A stretch of DNA of 64,000 nt from a virus: IMG/VR virus record IMGVR_UViG_3300030419_004676, positions 1-64,000 of that record; one strand, 5' to 3'. The position numbers were made by a program, and so were the translations under genes. Under the pieces are notes generated by a model. It ran no database searches, was not told the DNA's origin, and saw nothing but the letters and a program-made list of their open reading frames with translations. Positions 10,625 through 20,529 of this stretch are shown in pieces; position 1 is the first letter of the stretch, and each line of letters starts with the position of its first letter.

Positions 10625-11671
10625 GTGGCACTTCAAAGTGGTTGGAAAATACTAAATATTAATATATCTGAGGGTGGTGGTGGATATGGTAATGCCCAAA
10701 CCTATACATTAAGTGTAAGAACTAAATCAAAACATGGACAAAGTTTTGCAGGAACTTGTACAAGTAATAGTTCTGGTAATATCACTTCAACAAATATTAC
10801 TAATAATGGTGAAAACTATTCAAGTGGTTCTACAACATTAGGTATTTTAGATGCACCAGGAAGTGGTGCACTTTTAGTTCCAATCATTGGTCAAAATATA
10901 TCAATGAGTATATCAGATATCAATGTTGAAAAGGGAGTTGCACCAAATGCAGCTAATTCAGATATTCATGATTTATATCAAGACTATTCATCAATTGCAG
11001 GTGAGAATACTGCAGGAGCAACCGTTCATGATGAGACAGATAATAAACCTAATTTTGATTATGACCAAGGAGGCCCCGCAAGTGGTAGTGCACAACACCC
11101 AATACATTTTGATGAATTTTATGGTGCGGACTATGATATTTATGGTGGTGGTGGATGTTTATTGATTGGAACTTCAATAACACTACAAGATGAAAAGGGA
11201 AATACTTTTTATAAAAACATTGAAGATGTTAATGTGGGTGATACTATAGTTGCTTATCATAAAGATAATATTCCATTAGATTTTGATTCCACCGATACTT
11301 GGGGTGAGTGGACTGATGATGATATCTCTGATATGAGAATTGTTACTGGTAGTGTTAAACATCTGTATTTTGATTATTTTGAAAGTTATTATAGAATTAA
11401 TAGTGTAATAAAAACAACTGAAGAACACCCATGGTTAGTAAAATCTGCAATAAGTAGAGGTGAAGAGGGTAGTGGATATATTTATCAGTATAAGAGAACT
11501 GATGAGTTAGTTCAGTATGATGATTATTTAATTAGAGATGATTTAACAGAAGTTCAAATTGTTTCTATTATAAAAGAAGTGGAAGAAGTAGAAGTTGTAA
11601 ATTTAAATTGTGAACCTTATGATGTATATTTTGCACAAGGTTATATGACACATAATGTTCACGATAAATAG
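10625..11671 (+). CDS. Tail-associated protein with C-terminal Hint (intein-like) domain
   Basis: Hint 11156-11656: CLLIGT, IEDVNVGD, TEEHPW, VVNL, THN followed by V. Confidence 0.85.
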   Translation: MALQSGWKILNINISEGGGGYGNAQTYTLSVRTKSKHGQSFAGTCTSNSSGNITSTNITNNGENYSSGSTTLGILDAPGSGALLVPIIGQNISMSISDINVEKGVAPNAANSDIHDLYQDYSSIAGENTAGATVHDETDNKPNFDYDQGGPASGSAQHPIHFDEFYGADYDIYGGGGCLLIGTSITLQDEKGNTFYKNIEDVNVGDTIVAYHKDNIPLDFDSTDTWGEWTDDDISDMRIVTGSVKHLYFDYFESYYRINSVIKTTEEHPWLVKSAISRGEEGSGYIYQYKRTDELVQYDDYLIRDDLTEVQIVSIIKEVEEVEVVNLNCEPYDVYFAQGYMTHNVHDK

Positions 11672-11679
11672 AGGTTAAT

Positions 11680-12687
11680 ATGTTTGATGTTTATTATAGT
11701 ACAGGTGGTGGTTCATTAGTTTATGGTGGTAGTGATGTTTGGGTTAACAAATGGTTAAAGGAAGTTAGTCCACATCTTAAATATCCAAGTAAATTATTGA
11801 TACATCGTAATCGTGTTGATAAATTAAATGTAAAGTTTGATACTGATGTTGAAGTTGTGTGGCAAAGTGATGACCCAGTTAAGTTTGAACAATATATAAA
11901 AGAGTGTAGACGAATAAATATACTTCATGGATATTATACACCACATAAATTAATATCACAACATCGTGATAAAATACATTCTAATGTAGTTCATGTTAGT
12001 TTAGATTTAAGTCTACAGGCTGGGTTTACTTTAGATTTACCAAGATTAATGCATTTTGCTTCATCAAAAGATTGGGAAAGTGATGTATTAAGTTGGGCAA
12101 AACACAAGATTTGGATTGGAGTAGAAAAAACACCATTACATAAAAAGTTTGATTTAATTGATATACCCAATTATTATGAATTTGAAAAAGATAAAGATAT
12201 CGTGATGAATGACACTATCGGTTTTGCCGCCAGAATGGAAACAAGAAAGGCCCCACATTTCTTGTTAGGACATAAATCATTTGCATTCACCGATATCTAT
12301 GATGTTCAAGAATGGGAAAAGAAACTAAAAATTAAATTTTCTGATACAAGATTTTATCAATTTAAGTATCAGTTTTTAAAAAAGTTTTTAGATAGAGATG
12401 ATTGGGGAATAAGTCATTCTGCACATCTTAATGAACCATTTGGATATAGTATTTTTGAAGCAGTTGATTATGGTAAGTTACCAATATTACCACATAATTG
12501 GTGTGATGATATACATTATCCATTTAGGGCAACTACCAAACAAGAATTTGATAAATGTGTAGAGGAGATAAAAACATTATCGGAATCACATAGAAGAACT
12601 TTACTTGAGGGTTTGAGAAAAAATTTAAAAAAATATGATAATAAAGAGGAGTGGGTTGAAAAATATCTACGAATCTACAATGAGTAA
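11680..12687 (+). CDS. Putative GT-B glycosyltransferase (GT4-like)
   Basis: N-terminal GG loop, FAARMETRK, EPFGYSIFEA (EX7E) motif. Confidence 0.75.
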   Translation: MFDVYYSTGGGSLVYGGSDVWVNKWLKEVSPHLKYPSKLLIHRNRVDKLNVKFDTDVEVVWQSDDPVKFEQYIKECRRINILHGYYTPHKLISQHRDKIHSNVVHVSLDLSLQAGFTLDLPRLMHFASSKDWESDVLSWAKHKIWIGVEKTPLHKKFDLIDIPNYYEFEKDKDIVMNDTIGFAARMETRKAPHFLLGHKSFAFTDIYDVQEWEKKLKIKFSDTRFYQFKYQFLKKFLDRDDWGISHSAHLNEPFGYSIFEAVDYGKLPILPHNWCDDIHYPFRATTKQEFDKCVEEIKTLSESHRRTLLEGLRKNLKKYDNKEEWVEKYLRIYNE

Positions 12688-12695
12688 TATTTATA
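12687..12695 (+). promoter_or_regulatory. Putative late promoter motif ATATTTATA
   Basis: Recurrent intergenic motif just upstream of AGGA and ATG 12710. Confidence 0.6.
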
Positions 12696-12709
12696 ATTAG
12701 GAAAATATT

Positions 12710-14191
12710 ATGTCAACAACAGCAGGTCAAAACTTATCATTAGGAAAATTACGAAGAGCAGTTAGTTCGTCTATCTCAAACTATACGACTGCCAATACTT
12801 CACTTACAAGTGCAGGTGGTGGTGGAGAAACGAAGATGTCTGAATTCTCAATTGATAGTGTAGATAATACAATTAATGGTTATGCCTATGTTGATGAACA
12901 AACATCAGAAAATTATAATTTGACATTTCAAAATGCAGGTAGTAAATTTTTAAGTAAGATTGGTTCTCGTAGTGATAATTTTACATGGACAACTAATAAT
13001 AGTGATGCATTTAGTTTATCAACAGATAGTGGTTACCAAAGAACTTTTAGTGCAGGAACTATCTCTGATTTAAAAACAACAATGGCAAGTAATCTTGTTG
13101 GTAATAATAATTTTGCAACTTGGACAAATTCTACTACACCAGGAACTTGGACGAAAGATGGTTCTGGTGTTAATAAACATACCTATAGTGGTGGAACACC
13201 TGGTTCAGACCCGGCGGGAAGTGGTTCAAGTTTTGCTTCACAAATGACTGCAGGTTGTTTAAGACAAACAATTAGTGTTGATGCCTATTCAACATATGAA
13301 ATTCAAGGTAGATTTTATAATACAAGTGCAGGTGAAAGAAATATTAGAGTAGTCTTACAATCTGCCTCTCATACTTTTGGTAGAAATGCTGCAAACAATA
13401 CTGATAATTGGGATTTATTTACTGATAATTATTTTACAAGTGGTTCAACGAGTGTTGAAGTAAGATTAGAATTTACAGGTAGTAGTGGTAATATTTTTGC
13501 AGATTATATTACTTTAAAAAAGTGGGCAGGGCCAGAGTATGATGACCAAACTGTACAGATAAGTGGTAAATATAATGATGATGGTCAAAGTGATGGTTAC
13601 AATGACCATGCAACAAGATATAATACTGCAGTAACAAAAAATGTAGAGATACAAGATACATATGGTGGACAATCAGTAGCATGTTTCTTACCAGGAACTA
13701 AAATTAAAACACCAAATGGTAATAAAAATATAGAAGATTTAAATATAGGTGATGAAGTTTCAACTATGAATATACCAGGTCTTCCTGATGAAGATTTAGG
13801 TTATGAAAAGTGGTCTACTTGGACAACTTCATCAGTTAGTAATTTTACTGAAGAAACTGGTATTATTGATAATTATTATTATGATTATACACCACATTAT
13901 TATGTAGTGTATGCACGAAGTTTACAAACAGGACTTTATACTGAACTTAAAGTAACTGGTGAACATGAACTTTTTATAAAAGATTCTGATAATATATGGA
14001 AATGGATGAAGGCAGGTAATTGTAAGGCTGGACAAAGTTTATTGTCAGATGATTTATCAACAATAGAGATTGAAAGTATTACTAAAATAAATGAAGAGGT
14101 TGAAGTAGTTAATCTTGATGTTGAACCATTTGATGTATATATCGTAAATGGAATTGTTGCACATAATAAAGGAACCAACGACGCACCTTAA
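12710..14191 (+). CDS. Tail-associated protein with CBM-like domain and C-terminal Hint domain
   Basis: NLVGNNNF...LRQTISV...FADYITL carbohydrate-binding-like sandwich; Hint 13682-14167: CFLPGT, IEDLNIGD, TGEHEL, VAHN followed by K. Confidence 0.85.
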   Translation: MSTTAGQNLSLGKLRRAVSSSISNYTTANTSLTSAGGGGETKMSEFSIDSVDNTINGYAYVDEQTSENYNLTFQNAGSKFLSKIGSRSDNFTWTTNNSDAFSLSTDSGYQRTFSAGTISDLKTTMASNLVGNNNFATWTNSTTPGTWTKDGSGVNKHTYSGGTPGSDPAGSGSSFASQMTAGCLRQTISVDAYSTYEIQGRFYNTSAGERNIRVVLQSASHTFGRNAANNTDNWDLFTDNYFTSGSTSVEVRLEFTGSSGNIFADYITLKKWAGPEYDDQTVQISGKYNDDGQSDGYNDHATRYNTAVTKNVEIQDTYGGQSVACFLPGTKIKTPNGNKNIEDLNIGDEVSTMNIPGLPDEDLGYEKWSTWTTSSVSNFTEETGIIDNYYYDYTPHYYVVYARSLQTGLYTELKVTGEHELFIKDSDNIWKWMKAGNCKAGQSLLSDDLSTIEIESITKINEEVEVVNLDVEPFDVYIVNGIVAHNKGTNDAP

Positions 14192-14880
14192 TGAAAAAAA
14201 TAGTTATAAATATAGGAACACCTTGTGGTTTAAATCCACAAAATTTACATGTAATTAGAGATTCAATTTTCAAACAACCATTACTTGAAGATATTTATGA
14301 AGTAAGATGGCATGTTTCAATGGATAAATTAGTGTGTAAAAAATCAGATATAGAATCAAGTCTATTTGATGATATGTATTCATTTACAGAAACAGAATGT
14401 GGTTGTTGGGGAAATCAAGGTAAAAATGCATTAATGGAAAATATTAAAGAGGGATGGGTTTTATTAGTAGATGATGACAATGTATTACATTATGATTTTT
14501 ATACTCGGTTTCGTGAAGCATTAACATCTATTCAAGAGGGTAACCACGAAGAAGTTAAATTTATAGTTTTTGGACATGATACTGGAGAAAAATTTAAAAT
14601 AGAATTAGTAAGGGATACGAGATATTATCATCCACAAATAATTCAAGGTAAAGATAGTAGTAAAATTAAAGAGTCTACATGTGATAGTGGACAAGTAGTA
14701 TTTCATCATTCAGTTTGGAAACCATACCCAACTAAACCAACCAAAGATGATGATTTATATGATGCAGATTATTGGTTTTATCAAAATGCATTTGAAGAAG
14801 ACCAACAAAACTATGGAAATCATGAAAGATTTTTTTTCCACCCAGGCATTGCAACATTTTACAATCGTTTGAGGTGGTAG
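14191..14880 (+). CDS. GT-A (GT2-like) glycosyltransferase
   Basis: WVLLVDDDN DxD motif, D-S-G-Q, ADYWF. Confidence 0.7.
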   Translation: MKKIVINIGTPCGLNPQNLHVIRDSIFKQPLLEDIYEVRWHVSMDKLVCKKSDIESSLFDDMYSFTETECGCWGNQGKNALMENIKEGWVLLVDDDNVLHYDFYTRFREALTSIQEGNHEEVKFIVFGHDTGEKFKIELVRDTRYYHPQIIQGKDSSKIKESTCDSGQVVFHHSVWKPYPTKPTKDDDLYDADYWFYQNAFEEDQQNYGNHERFFFHPGIATFYNRLRW

Positions 14881-14884
14881 GATT

Positions 14885-14893
14885 ATATTTATA
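14885..14893 (+). promoter_or_regulatory. Putative late promoter motif ATATTTATA
   Basis: Recurrent intergenic motif upstream of GAGG RBS. Confidence 0.6.
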
Positions 14894-14919
14894 TATGAAA
14901 GAGTAATGAGGTTATTATT

Positions 14920-15630
14920 ATGGGGTTATTAAATCAAGGATGGATATATGATTCATTATTACACAATGGTGATTCAGATAAACCAGTAAAATATAAAGAA
15001 ACTCATGGAGCAACACACATTTATTTGGGTGGTGGTTTGTTATTTTATTTAATACCATATCTTATGAAATCAAAAACTTGTGTATGTTTAGGTAGTGGTG
15101 GTGGATTTGTTCCACGAATGATGACTGCTGCCCATTGGGATTTGAAAGAATTAGATGTATTCATTGAGGGTCAATATGGAACAACATATGTTGTTGATGC
15201 AAAAAATGGTGTAAATGGTGAGACTGATTGGGATGATAAAAGTTATTTTATAGAAACATTTCAACCAAAGGTAATTGAGGCACTTACAGATGATGCTTAT
15301 TATAATTTCTTTTTAAGAAACAATGTAGAAATTGATTATCTACACATTGATGCAGGACATTCCTTTGAACAAGTAGAGTTAGATTTTGAGTTATATAGTG
15401 AAAGATTAACAGAAAATGGAATTATATCTATTCACGATACCGATGAAAGTTATTTCAAAAGTTTAATTGTACCAAAGGGTGAAAAGTTTGATGATATGTC
15501 AGGTCCAGGTAAATTTATTGAAAAACTTAAAAAAGAAGATAAATGGGAAGTATTTAATTTTTTTGATTTCAAAGAAAAAACAAAACTACCAATGTCTACA
15601 GGAACCACTTTAGTTCAAAGAAAAAAATGA
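14920..15630 (+). CDS. Class I SAM methyltransferase (Methyltransf_24-like)
   Basis: CLGSGGG motif I; IDYLHIDAGHSFEQVELDF...GIISIHD. Confidence 0.8.
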   Translation: MGLLNQGWIYDSLLHNGDSDKPVKYKETHGATHIYLGGGLLFYLIPYLMKSKTCVCLGSGGGFVPRMMTAAHWDLKELDVFIEGQYGTTYVVDAKNGVNGETDWDDKSYFIETFQPKVIEALTDDAYYNFFLRNNVEIDYLHIDAGHSFEQVELDFELYSERLTENGIISIHDTDESYFKSLIVPKGEKFDDMSGPGKFIEKLKKEDKWEVFNFFDFKEKTKLPMSTGTTLVQRKK

Positions 15631-17927
15631 ATAATTTTACACACATAGAAAATAAAAATATTAAAGAGTTTAGACACCTAAACGAATGGCCAGAAAAACA
15701 ATTTGATTATGAAATCAGACAAAAACATCTAACACCTTATATTGAGAAAAGGATGGAGTTATATCGTGCACAAGATAAAGACTTTTTTACAAAACAATAT
15801 GATAAAGAATGTTATTATTTGATTAAATTAGGTGAGTGTGAAAAATATGTAAATGAATATATTGATGAGGAGATAAATAGATATTATAATCATGTTCCTG
15901 ATAGTGCAAAAATTGTTAATATTACACAAGAACTTGAATATAGAATTACAATTAAACAATGTCTTAAACATACTTCACCTGAAGTTGAACTTGAAATAAA
16001 AAAAGTAAAGAATTCAAATAAACTTTTAAGTCCATATCAAGAGTTAGAACAGAGAGTTATTATTATGAATAAAAATAATACTAATAATGACATTTGGTAT
16101 AATAATATGGATGAAGATGTGGAATATGGAAAACAAGAAATTCAAAAAAGAATAAATTTATTATCTGAAGAACTTCGTGAAGATACTATAAATGAATTGG
16201 ATAGAATGAAAAGAGAAAGGAATGATATCAAAAATTCTGATATTATGAAACATATACTTTTCATGGAAATATGTGATGGACTTGACTCAGACTTTGACAC
16301 ATACAAATACCATTTATTAAAACATTCATCACCATATATTGAAGCTGAAATAAAAAGATTAAAAGAAAAGGGTGAATTAAAAAAACCAAGTGAAGAATTA
16401 AAGATGAGAATTCATTTGGAACAATTTGAAATAAAAGATGAAGAGTCAAAAAAAGAAGAAGTTGAAATTGATATTTTTAAAGAAAAAAGTCTTCATGGTT
16501 TAAAAGAAATCAATATTTTAAAAAGAGAGTTAAATAAAGTTGGTAGAGGATTTTGTTTGGCAAAATGGAATCAAGTTTCATTACTTTTACAGAATGGTAT
16601 GACACATAGTTGTCACCATCCTGTTCCACATAAAATACCATTAGAGGAATTGAAAGAAAATAAATCTGCATTACATAACACTAAGTTTAAAAAACTTCAA
16701 CGAAAAATGATGTTAGAGGGTGGAAGACCAAAAGAATGTGATTATTGTTGGAAAGTGGAAGATGCAAATAAAGAGGCATTTAGTGATAGACACATGAAGA
16801 GTGCTGAGGCATGGGCATTACCAGACTTTAGGAAGATTAGAGATTCGGATTGGAGAGAAGATACCAATCCACCTTATGTTGAGATATCATTCAGTAACCA
16901 ATGTAACTTTGCATGTAGTTATTGTGATGTAAAGAGTTCATCAAGATGGCAACAAGAGATAGAAAAACAAGGCCCATATCCAACAAGTGGATTATTCAAT
17001 AACACCGATTGGTTGGAAAGAGCAGATATGATGCCAATACCATATAAAAACTTTAATCCATATGAACAGGCATTTTGGAAATGGTGGCCAGATTTATATC
17101 CTGACCTACACACATTAAGAATTACGGGTGGAGAACCAATACTACACAAAGGAACCTTTAGAGTATTGGATTATATTATTGATAATCCTGATATAAATCC
17201 AGAGTTAGAAATTAGTATTAATTCAAATTTTTGTCCACCTGATAATTTATTTGATGAATTCATTGAAAAATCAAAAATTATATGTGATAATGATTTGGTA
17301 TGGAATTATTCAGTTTATACAAGTATAGAATCTTGGGGAGACCAGGCAGAGTATATTCGTGATGGATTAGACTTTGAAAAGTTTTGGGAAAACATAGATA
17401 GATTTTTAACAGAAGTTCCAAAGGCATCTGTTACAATTATGTCAACTTATAATGCATTAAGTGCACCAAACTTTCATAAATTAATTGAGGGAGTGTTTCA
17501 TTTAAAAAGAAAACATTATAATGGTAAACGATATAGACACTATGCAATTTTATTAGATGTTGCATATTTAAGACAACCATCACACCAATCTTTAAGAATT
17601 TTACCAACAAAATGGATTGATAAAATGAAAGAAGATATTGAGTTGATGAAAAAATATCGTGAAGATAAATATTTACACATTTATGGTCATGGTCATAGTG
17701 GATACTATGATTTTGAAATAGAAAAGTTTAGGAGATTGATTGATTATGCAGAATCACCTTTAGATGATGTTGATTGGTTAATGAAGAATCGTGGAGATTT
17801 CTTTAATTTCTTTAATGAATATGATAATAGAAGAGATAAAGATTTTCTTCAAACATTTCCTGAATTAAAAGACTTTTGGGAAAATTGTAGGAGGGCCAGT
17901 TGGTCAGTAAAAGTTCCAAAAATTTAG
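15627..17927 (+). CDS. Radical SAM protein with N-terminal twitch-like Cys motifs and ~290-aa repeat extension
   Basis: CNFACSYC (CxxxCxxC), TGGEP, FCLAKW/SCHH/CDYCW. Confidence 0.9.
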   Translation: MNNFTHIENKNIKEFRHLNEWPEKQFDYEIRQKHLTPYIEKRMELYRAQDKDFFTKQYDKECYYLIKLGECEKYVNEYIDEEINRYYNHVPDSAKIVNITQELEYRITIKQCLKHTSPEVELEIKKVKNSNKLLSPYQELEQRVIIMNKNNTNNDIWYNNMDEDVEYGKQEIQKRINLLSEELREDTINELDRMKRERNDIKNSDIMKHILFMEICDGLDSDFDTYKYHLLKHSSPYIEAEIKRLKEKGELKKPSEELKMRIHLEQFEIKDEESKKEEVEIDIFKEKSLHGLKEINILKRELNKVGRGFCLAKWNQVSLLLQNGMTHSCHHPVPHKIPLEELKENKSALHNTKFKKLQRKMMLEGGRPKECDYCWKVEDANKEAFSDRHMKSAEAWALPDFRKIRDSDWREDTNPPYVEISFSNQCNFACSYCDVKSSSRWQQEIEKQGPYPTSGLFNNTDWLERADMMPIPYKNFNPYEQAFWKWWPDLYPDLHTLRITGGEPILHKGTFRVLDYIIDNPDINPELEISINSNFCPPDNLFDEFIEKSKIICDNDLVWNYSVYTSIESWGDQAEYIRDGLDFEKFWENIDRFLTEVPKASVTIMSTYNALSAPNFHKLIEGVFHLKRKHYNGKRYRHYAILLDVAYLRQPSHQSLRILPTKWIDKMKEDIELMKKYREDKYLHIYGHGHSGYYDFEIEKFRRLIDYAESPLDDVDWLMKNRGDFFNFFNEYDNRRDKDFLQTFPELKDFWENCRRASWSVKVPKI

Positions 17928-18757
17928 TTACGGTATGTGGTCATAATCCTAATATGTTATTTCATATGATTAATCATTATAAAGATATTGTTGATGATGT
18001 GTTTGTGAATGTGTATGATAATGGTAAGAATAAAAATCTTGTAGGTGAAGTAGAAGATGTTTTAAATCATTATGGTTTAAAAATATATAATGTGAGTAAA
18101 CATCCACCATATGATTGGAATCATGTTACACATTTATATAATGAGACTAAACGAACAAAACCTAATGATTGGTGGGTTATTTCAGATGATGATGAGTTTC
18201 ATGAATATCCAAAACCATTAGAAGAAATAATTAATGATTGTGAAAAGAATGGATGGGACTTTGTTAGTGGTGGATTTATTGATAGGTTAGGTGTAAATGG
18301 AACATTTCCTAAAATCACTAAAGACTCAGATATATGGGAAGAGTTTCCATTGGGTGGATTCTTTAGAGAACCAATATCAAATGCATGTCCTAATAAAGTG
18401 GTGTTAAGTAAAGGATATATTGATGTAACACCAGGTCAACATTATGTAGTAATTAATGGTGAAGATACATATGGTGATAGATGGAATCATCCTAAGAAAT
18501 ATCCTATTGATGAATGTTTTGTACAAGTTCATCACTTAAAATGGGACTTTGATTGTTTTGAACGACTAAGACAAGTAACAATGATAAAACAAGATTATTC
18601 TTATTATTTTGAATATAAAAAAATGTATGAATATCTATTAGAAAATAATTTTAAAATAAATGTAAAAGATTTTATGATAGAGGATTTAAGTGATAATCAC
18701 TTTTATTCACAATGGGAAGATATAAAACAAAAGTGTATTGATTATCGTCATGGATAA
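17900..18757 (+). CDS. GT2-like glycosyltransferase
   Basis: WWVISDDDEF, G.FIDR, PGQH, HHLKW; start uncertain. Confidence 0.7.
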   Translation: MVSKSSKNLVTVCGHNPNMLFHMINHYKDIVDDVFVNVYDNGKNKNLVGEVEDVLNHYGLKIYNVSKHPPYDWNHVTHLYNETKRTKPNDWWVISDDDEFHEYPKPLEEIINDCEKNGWDFVSGGFIDRLGVNGTFPKITKDSDIWEEFPLGGFFREPISNACPNKVVLSKGYIDVTPGQHYVVINGEDTYGDRWNHPKKYPIDECFVQVHHLKWDFDCFERLRQVTMIKQDYSYYFEYKKMYEYLLENNFKINVKDFMIEDLSDNHFYSQWEDIKQKCIDYRHG

Positions 18758-20204
18758 ATTATTAATCGTAACAGATTTTGATGAAAATTATAATGAAAAT
18801 TTTGTCGCACATTTTGATGAATTTATGAAAAATAAAGATATTGATTATCGTATCATTATTGTTGATTTAAAATCAAAGAAAAATTTAAAAAATTATGGTA
18901 AACTATTTAATGTTGGATTTTTAAATGCAGATAAAGTTTTGAATGATATCTACAATATAAATTTTGATTGGAATTATGTTGTGTTTCATCGCACAGACTT
19001 TATACCATTAGATGATGAATGTGATTATTCATTTGATGAAAGACCAAAATGTGTTGTTGGTTCACTTAATGAATTATCATTTGGTATTCATCCTGATTTT
19101 GTGCCAGATGAATATAATTTACCAAATAAATATTTTTTTAATGGTGCATTGATGTTTAGTAGAGAACACTTTAATAATATAGGTGGATTTCATAATAATT
19201 TTTGGGGAGATGGTTATGAAGATTTACACATTTTATATAAAATGAATCTCTTAAATTATCCTACAACACGACATGTTGAAGAATCACGAAGTGTTTTTGG
19301 TGTAGATATTGATTATAATACTTATGGAAAAGTTATAAGTAATAGTCGTTCAATGAAAGATTTGATGAATCAAAGTTTTACAATATCATGTTGGGTTAGG
19401 TTAAATGCTGATATAACTAAAGAGGGTTATGTAGTTAGTAGAGAAGGCTATCATAGTGGTATTAAATTTATAAAGAATGAAAAAAATGAATTAAGATTGT
19501 CTGCAAATTTATGGACATTTAAAAATGAATATGTTAGAGTAGGAGAATGTCCAGCACAAATAGGTGAGTGGTATCATGTTGCACTATCATATAGTAAAGA
19601 TAAAAAAATGGCAAATCTTTATATAGATGGATTATTATACAATAGTGTTCAGTTGAAAAGGTCAACTAAAAAATATACATTTGAAACACCATTTTATATT
19701 GGTATTGGAACTGAAAAAACTAATACAACTCAAGCAAGATGTGATGTATCAATTGGTGATTTAAGTTTTTATGATATATTTTTAAATGAAATTTCAATAA
19801 ATAAAATTTACAAAAATGGTAATTTCAATAATGAATATGTTATTGAATGTCCTACAAGTTATTTTGATTTTACTGCAGGATATAAAAGTATGATTTGGGA
19901 TGAAAGTGGTAATTCTAATAATTTAGTATTTAACTCATCTTTAAAACCTAAAAAAAATGAAGTTAAAGAGGGAGATGAGTTATATTTACCTATAAGAGGA
20001 AGAGGAAGTTTTGGTTATATAGGTTCAGAATATGATAAACTAAATAAAGAAAATTATATAGGTTCTAATTCACAGAAGAATTATAAAATATTAAAAAAAT
20101 TAATCAAAGAAAAACCAAAAAATGATTTAACAGGATGTAGATATCGTGTATTGAGAACAGAACAATACTTTGATAAACATTCTATTTTAACAATACAAGC
20201 CTAA
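18750..20204 (+). CDS. Degenerate GT7-like protein with inserted LamG/ConA-like domain
   Basis: GKLFNVGF, FWGDGYED, LamG FTISCWV/WYHVA/LYIDG; DxD replaced (FHRTD). Confidence 0.75.
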   Translation: MDKLLIVTDFDENYNENFVAHFDEFMKNKDIDYRIIIVDLKSKKNLKNYGKLFNVGFLNADKVLNDIYNINFDWNYVVFHRTDFIPLDDECDYSFDERPKCVVGSLNELSFGIHPDFVPDEYNLPNKYFFNGALMFSREHFNNIGGFHNNFWGDGYEDLHILYKMNLLNYPTTRHVEESRSVFGVDIDYNTYGKVISNSRSMKDLMNQSFTISCWVRLNADITKEGYVVSREGYHSGIKFIKNEKNELRLSANLWTFKNEYVRVGECPAQIGEWYHVALSYSKDKKMANLYIDGLLYNSVQLKRSTKKYTFETPFYIGIGTEKTNTTQARCDVSIGDLSFYDIFLNEISINKIYKNGNFNNEYVIECPTSYFDFTAGYKSMIWDESGNSNNLVFNSSLKPKKNEVKEGDELYLPIRGRGSFGYIGSEYDKLNKENYIGSNSQKNYKILKKLIKEKPKNDLTGCRYRVLRTEQYFDKHSILTIQA

Positions 20205-20214
20205 GGAGAAAACA

Positions 20215-20529
20215 ATGGCAACTAAGAAGAAAACAGAAACAACTGATATAAAAGATGCAAGAGATGCACTTGATAGTGGTCTTACACAAAGTGATAATTT
20301 TGCTCTGTTATTGAAGGCGTTAACAAGTATAGAAGAAAAGTTGGAGGCAATTGATTGGAAGTTATGGGAAATGTATCAAATGGGATTAAACTCAGTTAAT
20401 ACACCAGGACAACAAGTTCAACAACCAGTTCAACCAGTTCAACAACCAGCACAACCACAAGTTCAACAGAACCAATCAAATGAAAATGAGGGTGGAGTTT
20501 TAAAGAGTATATTTGGTAGTAAAAAATAA
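20215..20529 (+). CDS. Hypothetical protein with Gln/Pro-rich linker
   Basis: AAGGAG RBS; IDWKLW motif; QQPVQPVQQPAQPQ. Confidence 0.7.
   Translation: MATKKKTETTDIKDARDALDSGLTQSDNFALLLKALTSIEEKLEAIDWKLWEMYQMGLNSVNTPGQQVQQPVQPVQQPAQPQVQQNQSNENEGGVLKSIFGSKK

Noticed and set aside
11156-14167. Hint domains as mobile splicing inteins
   Set aside because: No C/S/T at +1, no homing endonuclease, almost no C-extein
20410-20472. CAACCAGTT-like short repeats
   Set aside because: They simply encode a Gln/Pro linker
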